Assembly (NCBI RefSeq): GCF_964355755.1
Contig: NC_092680.1
Coordinates: forward strand, 21,275,045 to 21,339,044
Reading direction: 5' to 3'
Source: Antedon mediterranea
Taxonomy: Eukaryota; Animalia; Echinodermata
DNA: 64,000 bases
The notes beneath the pieces are model-generated. The model was not told where the DNA came from, ran no database searches, and saw only the letters and a list, made by a program, of their open reading frames with translations. Both the position numbers and the translations under genes were made by a program. Shown here one piece after another: positions 36,821 through 51,800 of this stretch. Numbering within the stretch: position 1 is the first letter of the stretch; every line of letters starts with the position of its first letter.

Positions 36821-39800
36821 ATGAGCATTAGCCTGCGGACGTTTATACGCCGACGGACGCACTCAGGATTGGAAATGCTCAACCGTTTAAAGAGTTTTGG
36901 GGGAGTTAGTATGAGGCGACGTGGTACTACAACCTCGTCGTCAATGATGCATATGGTACCAAACGAGGAGGACACGTTGGATGATATTGTCATGACGTCG
37001 GAAGTGTGTAGTATTTTTGATAGTCCATATCGCCTTATAAAGGTAAGAACTGTGTATTGTGATATTTTGTATATTTTGTAAGATCATTTTAATCTAGACC
37101 TTTTTATTTGAATTGCCCCGTGTGGGATGATTAAAGAATTTTGAATTTAATTGAATTGAACAAAATACTAGACAATAATATTTTATTATTTATTAGAAAA
37201 AAAGGAGGTAATATGGAATACAAAGTGAATATACAAGATTTAAAAATGATATTGATGAAGTTGATCAAATTGTAATGACATTAGAAGTTAACAAAAATGT
37301 GATAAATAATATGATTTTATGTCAATAAAAGTGGTGTTTATGCCACAAAAAAGGAACAAAATAATAATATGTTATTTAAAACAAGATAATATTAATTATA
37401 ATTAAATGCAAAAACGTAGAGAAGTTGTATTTATTTGAGTAGCCAAACTTATTTCAACAAACAAATTTTAGTATACAAGATAGCTATTTATACACAGCTT
37501 TTGGAGTTGAGTTTTGTTTACATTAACAAAGAATAATAATAATATTTTATAGAAGTAGTCTTCATTGTCAATCCGTTGTCGTAAATGTACACATTAATGG
37601 TCTAATATTTAGAATAATATTGTTGACATAGCAATATTTACAAGATCATTTCATAATTAAATACATTTCTTTAATACATTTATTCGCTCAATATTGAATA
37701 TTTTCAGATGAGCAATGATTTAACTACAGTATAGGCCTATGACTAATTAATTAACTACAGTACAAATTCAAAGATGTATTGTCCCCCTAAAAAAACAATT
37801 CTGTAAAAAAAAAATTGTTGAGTAGGCCTATGCTATTTTAATTTCACGTAGTTATTTATGTTGACCAAAAATTGGATCGAAATTGGCTGCCAGTGGGTGG
37901 GTTTTTGATTGAATGGGGATTGAATCTAACCATTTATTTTGTCATTTTATAAGTGGAAACATTATTGTGCTAATTTTTTTCTGCGGAAGTGATTAGCTGT
38001 ATTAAAACTGCAGAATAACCTATTCCAAGTCCGATTTAATTAATCTTCATTTTAAATGTTTTTGGAGGAAAATACATATTTAACTAATGTTGAGTTACTA
38101 AACAATTAAACTATTCAGAAAAAGGGTTTTTTGTCGACTGCTGATATGATTTACATACAATATGGTGACAATATAAATGACTGGCTTAATTGACCCATAT
38201 GCTAAAAGGGACGCTGATCTAAAATTCCACGTTACAAATAAATTACAATGAGAATAATTTTATCATTTTTATTGTTATTTTATCAAATACAATGTTTGTT
38301 TTAAAAGAGGACTACTGTATTTTTATTAATTTTTTTTCTTAGTTGTTATACTTTAAAAGATGTTTTTTCTTGTTTTGTTCGTTTTATTGTAATTCTCTCT
38401 AACAAATAAATAAAAATTTAAAAAAATTAATTTATGGAGGCATTTAAAAAAAAATTTAAATAATCATCGTCACTGGACAATGTAAAGAACTGAATTTATT
38501 TTTAATAATGTGAATACTATAATGACTGAGCAATGGCATTTTTATTGGTCACTTTATTTCAGAATAAAAATTCCATACAACAAACAATAAAAACGGAAAT
38601 CACACAAAAGTAGAATTTTCTCTCATTTTGTGAAGAGATTTGAAGATCGTAACAGCAGGGAAGAGTGGAATTATACTCTTCCTTGGTAACAGATAGTTGC
38701 GGATTACACCTAACAAGATCATTTCACTATTGAAACTCTTAGCCTATTCTAAAACGACAGACGTTTTAACTGTTACAACATACAATACGAAATATGCCTG
38801 CAAATTACATGTGATAGGATAGGACACAGTAATTTTACATTTACACATTGTCAAAAATTATTACTTCAAAATTCCCTAATTATTACAATTGTCCGTCAAT
38901 GTTTAGAATCTTCACCATTCATCGTCAGACATTAGCAGATGTATCAAACATCATAATAATGTTTTTGTTATACGTTTTTTTAAATATTTGTATGACACCG
39001 ATTGTGCCTGTCATGCGTTTCACAAGGCTTAAATAAATTTGCATCTGATTCTCCTGCATAATGGTCATCATTTTCCTCATTACGTCATCATCTAGAGGAT
39101 ATCAAATGTTCCTTAATTACAACTTAATCAATGACTGACCAACGGTAATGCGTGATCTTCGATTTATTCCAGCAAGAACAATGTCCCCTCGATCCAATAC
39201 CCTATTTGTTCCGTCTACTTTTCAAAGTAAATGTTTGTTTATAACTGAAGTTATTTTTGAAAAATATATTTTCGATCTAAACCATTTCGTCGTCACCTAG
39301 TAACCAAAGAAACATAGAATAAAACAGTTGACATGTCGCTGAGAACAAACAGCAGCAATTTAATCGAAACATTTCATAAAGGAAAACACCAATTAGTGAG
39401 ATGATCGAAATATTTGAAATTGGTATAGTAGTTTTACAGTTACATAAACAACCGTTTGAGGTATCGTTCAGTTTATTCAAACACAACAACAACCAACGCT
39501 GTAAGAAAACAGATTAGGCTGATGACAAATAAACCACTCCTTACGTCGGCAAAACTATAACGACGCGTCGTACTTATGTTATCAATTATTATATATTATT
39601 ATCAATACTTATTATTAATCCACGAGCTCATGTTATAATAGCTATATATGACGTCATGTGGTATCACGTGCGCTTACAAATATATCTTAATATTATTTCT
39701 CCTGCATCTTTTAGTAATAACGTTTGGAAAATGTTATGTAAAATGTACATAATTATTATAAACCATTTCTCATTGTTTTCATGTCATAATCTTCCATCCT

Positions 39801-42800
39801 TCATTTTTGTTTACATGCTTCCTGTCTTCTGCCTCTTGCCTCTCACTGATGACCAATTATTTTTTTAAAGTTTTTTATTTGATTCCCTTTTTAAGATTTC
39901 TATTATGATTATATAAATTCTATTTTTTACTTGTTGTCAACTATTATGTTATTGTCTTGCCAAATAGTATCGTTCTGAGGGTCCGTCGATCGGCTTCGTA
40001 ATAAAATTAAATACAAACATCGTTGAGAGTGCGCATGCGTAGACGTACTGTTGATAATATTTCTTAACCGTTTACGTCCTTCTTTTTTTAGTAGATATTA
40101 GCCTATTGAACAATTTATATGTAGAAAATAAGTATATAATATCATCTCATTTTCAGTACTAATTTAACTTTGAAATAATAAATTAAGCTTGGTATGTTGG
40201 CGACTGAGGAGTATTGATAACATCTGACGATATGGACAGCCTAATCAAATCTATCAATTTAGTTGACAATCAGGCGATAACATTATTTGTCAATCAGTAC
40301 TTAGGTAATGAAGATAATGATCTTTCAATGGTATTTTGCAATAAGGTACGCCCTTATCATATTTCTCAGAGTGTAATAACCCTTATATAAAATGACTGAA
40401 ATAATCCATTAGGTTTAACCCTTATGTTTGTCATCATGGCATGAATTTTGTGAATAATTATCTCAGTTTTCCCATTCATGGCATTAAAGGAGGACATCAG
40501 ATAGTTTGTTAGATCTATAACCATCAAAGTAAAATAACTTGTAGCTGATTCAGTCAGTCTTTGGCCACACTCCCATTCTAGGCTCAATGAAAAAATATAT
40601 AAGAAGCAAGTATCAGAAACAAAAATGTTTTTATGGCTTACATATGCAATTACTCTATCATACAATGAAAAATGAAATTGAAGAAAACTCAAAACAAAAT
40701 AGAAAAGAAGCAAGTAGAATTCAGAAACAAAATTACAAATGGTTTCATGGCTTACATATGCAATTACTCTATCATACAATGAAAAATAAAATTGAAGAAA
40801 AAAAATCAGATTGAAATAAAAACTTATAAAATAAAATAGAAAAAAAGCAAGTAGAATTCAGAAACAGTTAAGAATGGTTTCATGGCTTACAATTCAATAA
40901 CTCTATTATACTATAGGATATAACCTATTTTATTTATTTATTTTCAATCTTTCTACATAGCAAAAAAACAAACATATAAGTATAACAGGAGAGTAGCGGA
41001 AAAGCAAAAGTATAAAACTGTCATCTTGTGATGTGCTTGACCAGCCCCTGTCAACTTGAACGATACAATAAAACCGACATTTAACAAATTTAGAAAAATA
41101 CATAGAAAAATAAGGTATAATAAAATGTTAACAAAAGTGTTATAAAAATGCAATTGCTATCTGAACAATCTGATTGTGTAAAAGTTAAAAATTCTGATTG
41201 TATAAAAGTTAAAAATTAAACCTATATAAGTAGTTTACGTTTATATCACTGTACTAGCCTACAATAATATATATGGCATGTGAAGTCATGAAATATGTGC
41301 TAATTGGCATTTCTTTGGCTAATAGTTTTTTTTTTAAATTAAAGTGTGCTAAGTTATACAAGGTGACTGACTTAAGTTATAATCATTGTAGTCAACAAGT
41401 GTGCAGCAGCTAAAATGTCATAATCATATTTTAGTCGTCAATTATTTTTTTTCTCATGTAGTGATTCTCTATGGTTGAATGACGTATTTTTTCATATCAT
41501 TTATCCTAATTATATTGCCCTACATTTTCACTATTGATGATCTATTTTTTTGTCAATAAAAGTTGAATGAATAATCTATTGATCAGCTCACATGATTTTG
41601 TTATTTCTTTAACTCTGCAATCGATCTCATGACGATATTATAAAAGCCATTATATTTGTTAAAGAGATCGTTTATCATAAGCGGAATCAGTGCTTTTGAC
41701 TCCACTTTATCCATCTACTATTAGTAACCGCATTTAGAATAATTATTTATACATCATCTCAGTTTATAGTCTATAATGTTAATGTGAATGTGATATGATC
41801 AGAGAGAATGTTAGCGAGTACATGAACATCTCTCTTGTTAAAGCATTACTGTGAAAAAATTATTCCAAAGATAAACAATTTCTACTTTTTCTAAACATGG
41901 AAAAACGCCCTGTAAACTGTTACCTTACACATTAGTTTATATTGTAACAATAACTGTTTGATAAATGAACATCTTTTGTTTAACATTGTTGGGTCGGCAA
42001 GGTACAGGGGAAACTGTATCTACATAATGCATAATTCTAATTTTTGATGAGAAATTAAGAATTTCTACTTTTTCATGGAAAAATATACTGTTGTTGTAGA
42101 CAATTTAGTTTAGTTTGTATGTATAAATATTGGTTAATTAACAATATTTGACAATATAAAAATGAAGATTTATTTTTATTCTTATTATCTCATCTTAAAG
42201 CTTATTTCTTTCCGACAAAATAGTATAGTGTTTAGTAGACTTGCTCCAAGTCTGTATTGTTTTTTTTAATAATTTATTTGTTTTTATTTCGACCCCGATT
42301 TTTGTCTGAAAATACAGACTTGTGAAACACGTATAGAAATCGATTTGCAGACCGCAAACAACTGATAAGAATGACGTAGGTTATCATACCGTATTTGGCT
42401 ATATGGGGCGGGCGGTATTTAAATATGGATTTCAAATCAACCAATGATCATTTTGTTTCAAAATGAAAAAGATCGAGTACGTACAGTCATGCTGAATGTA
42501 CGATCGAGACTGTTGAAATAATGAAATCGTGTTGCCAAGTTGTTTTGTTTATTAATTGTTTAGTCCTTAGCCTAGGCCTCGCACGTATGATCTGCCAAAT
42601 AAAACGCCAATAAGAGGTAGGCCTACATACCACCACCGGCACACAACAGGATTCACACACAACAGACAGGGCTACGACACCACTACACAGAACAGGACAG
42701 GGTCTAGGTGGGATTTAAATCAAATTATCTCCGCGTAATATTAAATGATTCATTCAATGTTTGATTTGCGCAGAAGCAAGACGAGTTTTCATGTTCTTGG

Positions 42801-45800
42801 GGAAAATCCCATCAAATGTTTACCAGACTACTACTAGGCATATAAAATCATTTCTAGCCTTCAGAAACTTTCATCAATGTCCCGATCAATGTACCCAAGT
42901 ACATTGTCTAAACGTAACATAGCGCATGCGTACCACAATTAGTTGTTGAGTCTTTGAAATTCTGAAATATGAATATTAAAACAGTGTACGAGTGAGTAGC
43001 CAATCGCATGCAGCTGAAACTAGTCAACCGGATAATCTATGCACCAAGAATTCTTGGTGTTAAACCACGTGACTTTTGCGTGTTTCCCCAGACGGAGTAT
43101 CCAAACTCAAGTAATACACGTATGAAACGCCATATGTGCAAAAATGTTTATATTTTTACTAATATTAAGAAAAAAACTCCGTCTGGAGCCCAGACTAAGT
43201 GTTTAGCTACACCCACGTCATATATTGTCTGATTCCTCTCGATGAAGGATTTATCCTGCTAGCTTCTAGGGTCTTATCGTAGACTGACATCAATCGGTTC
43301 AATCTCCTATTATCACTTTTGACAATTGTATTTGTTTCACTGTTACTAAAGCAAGACATCATAGGATTCATTCTTTAAAACATTCTGTCTCGTAAATAAA
43401 TGTTTGTTATGTTCTATTAATAATCATAAAGCTTGCTTGTGAAATGACAAGTTTTGCAAACCTTAAGTGTGATGCTTACATTAAAGTGATGCTTTCCTCA
43501 AGTGAAATAAGGAGGCAAAAAGTATTATTCGTATAGGCTGCCTCCTCTCTCATCTCATAGTTGTTATATGTGAGCTGCTTATGCTTAATGTTAGCACCTG
43601 TGTATGCTTAGTGTCTATTCGTTAATGTCCTAATTGAGATTTTTTGTCTTTTAAAACGAATTTAAATTATTCTGTTTTCATTTAAAAAAATACATTCTAA
43701 ACAAAGACAGAGAACATTAATCGTGTTTTCCAACATGCCAATATATTAGCATAAGTCTAACATTTCTTGATTGGTTGTGAATTTGTTTCATATCCCAATA
43801 AGTAAATTGAAATGTCAGTACTAATGCGCATTATATTCCATCTACTTTCGATTCGCAAGAATAAATTTAATGAAAAACATATAAATAATATATTTTACTT
43901 GATTAGGTTTGTTTTGTCATGATTTTGTTAACCGTAAAAGTAATTGTAATGCTCAAATATGTTTGACCTTCTGACACTTAGTACAATAATATGCCTCGTG
44001 TAAAATAATCAAATTGTAGTTTAACGTTAATTAAAAGATATTAAAAGATTTCAAGAAAGGCCTGCAGAAAGTTAATATTGACAGTTGCTGCAGTAAGTGA
44101 GGATAATTATTTTTAATTACCTTAAATATTGATTATTTTCAAATAAATGAATGTCTTAAACGGGTTTTAGAGAGGTTAGATAATAGAAACATTAATGTAC
44201 CGGAATGTGCAAATCTGCTCTTTTCTGGATCAATTCAAGTATAAAGAAAAAAAGAGTAAATCTATATTTTAATATAATAATATTTAAAACATACTTACCA
44301 CATCTCTCTGTGTCAAACGTATTCTTGTACATTTTTTTTTCAACAATGCTCCTCCATACCTCCGTGGCTCTTTTATAGCTAGTTCACATTATTCATGAGA
44401 AACAATGCTTTTCTTAGCTAGTTTCTATCCCGTCACTGTGAACTTTGCTATTGTTTTAGCTTTCAAACAATGCTTTTCTTAGCTAGTTTCTATCCCGTCA
44501 ATGTGAACTTTGCTATTGTTTTAGCTTTCAAGCCAGTCCTTCCCAGTTTCATTTACTGTATTTCCCACTTTCCTGGGATTTCTGCATTCTCACTCATGAG
44601 AGGACGAAGTATTGTGGTGTACCCGCAAACTTTATATATATCAACACACTATTATTTTCGCAAACCTTTCAAACAATATATACTTGCTTTGTTAAGTGTT
44701 TATATAAACGGTCAGTGAATGAGAATTTAATATTGACATAGTGGAAGCGTGTTGCTCTTCGTAAATCAAAACTATATCCATACCTGCACAAAAATCTAGG
44801 CAGAGGTTCTTAAATGGTGGATTATAGACACCGCGTAATATCAATTTCAAATACAATCCGATGTAGGCTGAACAGTAAAGCACATGGCTTTTGCAAACTT
44901 GTTCACGGTAGGTTAACAGATCTTTCTTAACATGTATAGCCTACTTTACTAGCCTAGGCCTTATCAATGATCATTTGTTCACGGTAGGTTAACAGATCTT
45001 TCTTAGCATTTAGACTTTACTAGCCTAGGCCTTAATCAATGATCATTTGTTCACGGTAGGTTAACAGATCTTTCTTAGCATGTAGACTTTACTAGCCTAG
45101 GCCTTAATCAATGATCATTTCTTAAACTACCTTATTTAGCAGGCTTCCTATTTGTGTAAACATTCCATTGTTTATTGTATTTATCTCTGAGCCGTGGTGT
45201 GATTTTTGGAGATTGAGCTGCGAGTTGTTACGGCATTATTCCTACGTCATGCCTTCCTTGGTGATTTACAACAGGTATTATACTTACGAGAGGTGGAAAG
45301 ACCCCGGGAAAGACTGATAGCTAAGATCGATGAATGAGACTGATAGCTAAGATCGATGAATGAGACTGATAGCTAAGATCGATGAATGAGACTGATAGCT
45401 AAGATCGATGAATGAGACTGATAGCTAAGATCGATGAATGAGACTGATAGCTAAGATCGATGAATGAGACTGATAGCTAAGATCGATGAATGAGACTGAT
45501 AGCTAAGATCAATGAATGAGACACTCCCATCACCAAAATAGACTATTGGTCAATTAGTAGAAGTTTTGTTCTATTTACTATATTGACTTGATTTGTGTAT
45601 TATTAAGAAGAAGAAGTACATACACAAATCAAGTCAATATAGTAAATAGAACAGAACTTCTTTTGTTGTTGTATGTAAATAAATAAATTATTACATATTA
45701 CATTGGAAACTATTTAAATTAAAATAAGTTTAATGTGTGCTATTATGGTATACGGTAGGCCTACCCTTACATAAAATAGTTTGGTTACTTTGATCATGGA

Positions 45801-48800
45801 GGTATAAAATAACCTCCATGCTTTGATTTTATTATGAACGTGAGTTCCATTTACATCTTTTAATCTTTACGACTAAAGCTCATACAATGTCGCTAGAATT
45901 TTGTGACAATTACTATTCACACAATACTTTAAAATATGGATATGGTACCAATGAATACACGGATTGTTTATAGCGATCAATACACTTACTGTTACTTGTG
46001 GCGAAACTTATTGAAATCATATTGGTCCTATTAAGGAGGTAATGCAAAGTGTAATTGGTGAACAAATAAAAGAGGAAAAAAAAGAAACAAGATGAAATGG
46101 TGGAACGATACGGTAATCATCAGTGGTAAAGGATAAAGGGGACGATTATGTTTAACGTTACTTTTGCTGAACTGATATTGTTTTAAACGATACAAACTTT
46201 ATTTATTCTGTCGCAATATCATTATCAAAGAGAAAAAATCAAAAAGAAACGTAATTTCCTGGTGGAACCTGTCTTAAATTTTATTTGAGTTTCACCAGAT
46301 ACAAGGCATTAACTATTTGATTCATATTTTGTTAACATATATTGAATTTTTCTTTGTTTAAATAAATGAATGAAAGAATGAAAGGGAAACGTAATGAGCG
46401 TAAGTGCGTACCATACTTCTTTGACTGCCGCAAGAGGGCGCGAATCCGGAAGTGACTCTCAAAGCGAATTCATTAATGAGTTGGCCAAATTGAAACTTCG
46501 ATTTAAGCTTAAATGACCGGTAACATCAATACAATCAAATTGAATCACATTCAATTATATAAACATAGCGACCACGTCGTACGTACGACGATTAGATATG
46601 ATTTATTAATAGCTTCGGCTGCCGCTAGAGGCGTGATTCCGGAAGTACTGGCAAAGTGCCTACAGCGGCGAATCCGAGCTTAATCGCGCTCTCTGTGCGA
46701 ACGAAGTTGAAATATTCCAATTCCAATCAAACACCTTCAGTTTGTCTCGCTGAAGCATTGGTTTCCACTGGAGACGCAATACAATGACGTAGGTGCACCG
46801 CAAGCGAGTTGAGAAATGAAAAGCGATGGATTATTCGAACTGCCACTTCATTGGTCAACTCGCTTGCGTTATGTCAACGTCATTGCGTTGCCTCTCTGTG
46901 AGAGAGAAAACATGATCAACAACGCATAGTTTGTGGAATATCTGAGACAGCTATTTCCATAAAAGTGTTTCCATTGTCTCCTCCTATAGAATTTAATTAT
47001 TGACATATTGAAGTAGACAAATCAGAAGGGTCACATACCTGGAAAACAGCAGGCAATTAGGGTAGAATTAGTAAATTTAGAAACATACATTATTTATTAA
47101 CAATTTAATATATTTAATTATCGAAAGATTACAATCAATTTATTTAGAATTTACAAAATATAAAATCCAACTTGAGTTAATTAAATTAGGAATATCTAAT
47201 CAGTTTGTAATGGAACTAACACCAGAATATTAAAAATAGGATCAAAATTTATTTTAATGTTTATACATGATGGTCGGTTTCGTAACAACCAATAATACAT
47301 TGACTATACAATGGAAATCATTTTCACAATAACGGTTTTAGGTCTTTGATCTATAAGCCATCATGATTGTGCTGATGAACTATCGAACTTCGGAGCAGAC
47401 GCATATGAAGTCGGAGAAGTTAAAGAAGTATTTTCGCATTTTGGTCTATCAGATTTCTTCTTTCTTTCTCGTCAAATCGTCACTCGAACGGCGAACGCGT
47501 CTGTCCATCATCTACGATTTCTTCTCTTTCGAACTCATTCAACGTATCTGTTTAAAGTGCAAATAACTTTTGATCAAAGTGTTTAAATTATTTAAAATTT
47601 TGTATTTAATAATAATTATTATGGAATCATCATTCAAAATTTCACATCATTACGATAATTTGTTGCTGAAATGCAAACACTCATTCCAATTCAACTTTTC
47701 TCAAAAAGTAAAATGTTGTAGTTACGTTGTTTTGCCTTTGAACGGCCGTCTTTGAAACGTTTCTTTATTACAATTCACCGCGATTGGCCAGATCATCACG
47801 TGTTTTCCGTGTCATGTTTACGCATAGAACTCGTTCATTAAGGATATTAGTGTGTCAACTATTGACGTTTTGACTTCGCTGATGATAATTAAAACAAAAT
47901 GTTACCTGCACGTGATACATTAGTTTTCAAACTGATTGTTATTGAACGATTATATTGTGTTACAAAATAGATTAACATCCCTCCATTGCATTCATGATTG
48001 TAATTTCAATACTTCTTAAACGTTAAAAAAAATATCCTTATTTACAGATATAAAGCCAATATACAGAGATACAATTTTGAATCCATAAATGTATTATATA
48101 TTATCATATCGATATTGCCTTCGTGCAACCAATCGTATAATACAGTTTACATAACTGTCTGATCTCGGTGCTTAATATACCTATTCTAATATTCTGATAC
48201 AGTACATTCCAACGGCATATACGTAACAATAATTTGACCAATCACAAGCAACGAATGAACCGTCACTTGTGATTGGTCAACTTTCCTTCCGCGCACGTAG
48301 TGTGTTGCCAAGGAACAACAACACAATATCCATCACGATTGAAAACATTGCATCTACGGTACGGTACTACTTTTGTATTTGATTGTAATGTTTTCTTATG
48401 TATATTAGTTAAGAGCTTTGTATCTATATATATGTACATAACGAATAAAGAATAAATTAATGAAAAAAAATTACATAAGTATGGCTACACGACATGAAAT
48501 ATAACAATAACAGTTATATAATGAGGAATGTTACTATACCTTACGTATAATACTGTACGTGAGTGTATTGCTTCCTGGATATTGTATAGCTTTTTTTTTT
48601 TTTTTCTCTTTTGTGGCGCAAACACCACTTTTATTCACATTCATATTATCTCATATTACATAAAATCGTATTATTTAACTTGTAAATGTCGTTACAGTTC
48701 ATAAGTAACATTTTTACATATATGAATCCTGTATTACTCCTTTTTTCATTAATTTTCGTATATTTTGTTATACACTTGACAGGATCATCATTGTCATCTA

Positions 48801-51800
48801 TCCCGTTTTAAAATAGTTCACACATTTTCATTTGTTTGTTTTCATTTTACAACCCGGATTATACAATATATTTATATACATGATAAAAAAAACAATAATA
48901 ACTCAGTACCACCAGTAACCCGTATCACTGTAATTCTTTTTCGGTTAATCGTATCAAATTAGAAATTATATTATCATAATCTTATTTCTTAAAGCTACCC
49001 ATTTTTCTATACTTGTTTCTTTATTGTTATATGTTTCACATTCAATGTTATATAACATATTGCTTTTAAATGAATTCCATAAAGATTTACCCACTGGCTT
49101 ATTTAGTGCAGATAACATTTTTATTCTATAAATAGTAAATGCTGCAAAAGTGTAAATATAATCTATTAGCTTATCTCCCGTTCCTAGTATTAATTGTTTA
49201 AATGATATATTATTGTGATTTAAACTTACAAAGATACTAAGCATTTTCCTCCAATATTTCTGAATAAATCTACAACTAAAAAACAAATGATTTTCATTTT
49301 CAATTTCTCCACATTTGTCACACGTTTGTGTACTTGTACTGTACGTGAGTGTATTGCTTCCTGGATATTGTATAGCTATTGTTTTTTTACCATAACATCA
49401 TGAATATTCATGAGCTTTGAAAACAACAAAGATGGTGTATGGTAGCTATTCTGTCGGTCTAGACTGTAAGGTGACATATTTTAGATATATTATTCTTTAA
49501 TCGTAACGTCGAATATTAACGTTCAGATGGAATGGCTCATAAACAACAAATCAACTACTAATGACAGTATCATATATCCAATTGTGTAAAGTGGTTAGAG
49601 AAGAAACATTCCATTTCATTGGCTTCATTTGCTGTTTTCAATGTAAATTGCTTGCTTTTTTAAAGTGAACAATTCCCTTTGTTTTCTCGGTATTTGTAGG
49701 GAAGAGTGAATTTCACTGTCTGGTTATACGCACTTGCACTACTTTCTGTAGGATTAGGCTACGATAGACATTTCTATACCTCCATGATATTACACCGTGT
49801 GACTATCTCTATTGAGGCTGTCACAATGTTTAGTTTTTCTACATTTTTTGGAAGATTCATCCAATATAGGCGATAACATCTGCCAGGTATAACTGTGATG
49901 CTTCATTATACATTCATAATGACAACAATATCAATTAGAATAGGGGATGTGTCGAATAATTGCTATGTGAAATAATGTACATAGTTCAGACGGGTAAGCA
50001 GACTTGAAAGCTAAATGGATTGAATTCTGCTGACAAGTGGTTTGTTACGTCACAGGTTTTAGATTATGTACATTGTAGTGCTTGGATTTGTCGTGTGAAT
50101 GAACTGTATTGTCTACTGTTAGTAGGCCAAGCCTTCCGATTTCGCCACCATCTTTCATATATTATTATAATACCACATAATCAAATATATAATGGATGTT
50201 TTATTTCTGTAATATTCAAGATTGGTGATAATAGGTATCGGCAATCATTGATTAGTAAACATGATGATTAAGGAGTTTGTTTTCGAATTCTGGTTAATTC
50301 TGGTTGAATATTAATAATCCCGGTTCTTTGAGAGTGGTTTACACGCAGTAGTTCACGCGTTCCTCCGGGCGTTCTCTTGATCAATCGTCTGCTTTAATAC
50401 AATTTTAATGTAAAAAGATTCGTTTAATTCTGAGATTAATTTGTTTTCTTTTTTGACATTGATTCATGTCAAGTGAATAAATGAAAAATCGTTGACAAAT
50501 TTGCATATCTGTTAAGTCATTTGAGGTTTAGCCAATAGTGGGGTTGATTTAATGCACACGCGCAACTCTAAAATTAGGATGATGGGAAAATTATACAAAC
50601 AAGATTTGTTTCAAGAATATTCTGTACAGATCTGATTTGAAATGTATGCATGCGATGTCCGGCTTGGGATCTCTATTTATCGAGCATCCATCAGTGTTGA
50701 AAGAAACTGAACTGATTGTATACAGCAGTATACCAATACCTGAACATCGATTATAATTTGGACACTTGCTCTTCTAGACATTGTTACATTTGTAGTTTTA
50801 AAAAAATATCCAGACATTATTAATAAAACTTAAGGTGTCATCCTGCGATAGCTATCTCGGTGTAGAAGAACTGCATCAAAAGTTAAACGCAGTAATACAC
50901 ACCTTGAACTTCCTGTGGCAACACACGTTGAAGGATGAGCGGCTTACGAAGGCTGAGTGAAATCGTGGATATAGCCAGAAGAGCTTATATTGGAGGGTTT
51001 CAAACAAGAATCGAAGCTGAAGAGGCTATGCAATTGCATTCATCCGCTCGACAATCCAACGCTACTACTAATTCTGATATCGAGATGGTTGACGGATGGG
51101 ATGATGTTTTAAATGATGCCTATATTTTAAAAGTAATGTATGGTGATTTTATTTTTATGTTTAATGATCAGGTAATGGTCAGTGAATGTTATTGACTGGT
51201 TTGCTTAGAGTATTAAGGTATATTTGAGTTCCGTATTTCATTTGCATGCCAACTTACCGGTAACGTGTGTAAAGTTCTATGACCTATTCAATTCAAAATG
51301 TAAAAATGTATGTTAAGTCAAATTGAGACTGCTGGCATTCAACAAAGAATGTGACGTAACTGTGCGTAGTAAAGGCCCGCATGAATGCAAAACGTTGACA
51401 AAATTGTGGTTTATTTGTGTATTTCAATTGTCTGTTATCACTAATTTTAAGGCATCGGTTTGGTTCGAATCTTATGTTATCATTTAGGACATTCTAACGG
51501 TATTGCTTGTGAAGTGACTCGATGATCAAACTGGTTGTAAATTACACGACACTATTTGTTCAGCTTGAGCTATTAAAACTAGCTAGATAGTTTACACAGG
51601 TACTATTAACCTATTAACAAAGTGTGGTAAAACCATGTTTATATATCGTAAAATGAATCCGAACGTTTGGTCACAATATATCGACCGCGTCTTGTCTATA
51701 GAAACAAAGAGTTAAGAGGGCAAAGAATGTATTTCAGCAACTGTACCTTACCGGAAGAATTATTCCTCCATGGATGTACCCTCGTCGACGGAGCAAAACT

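Noticed and set aside
44291-44300. ATACTTACC, the 5' end of U1 snRNA
   Set aside because: The match stops after 9 nt and no U1 stem-loops follow
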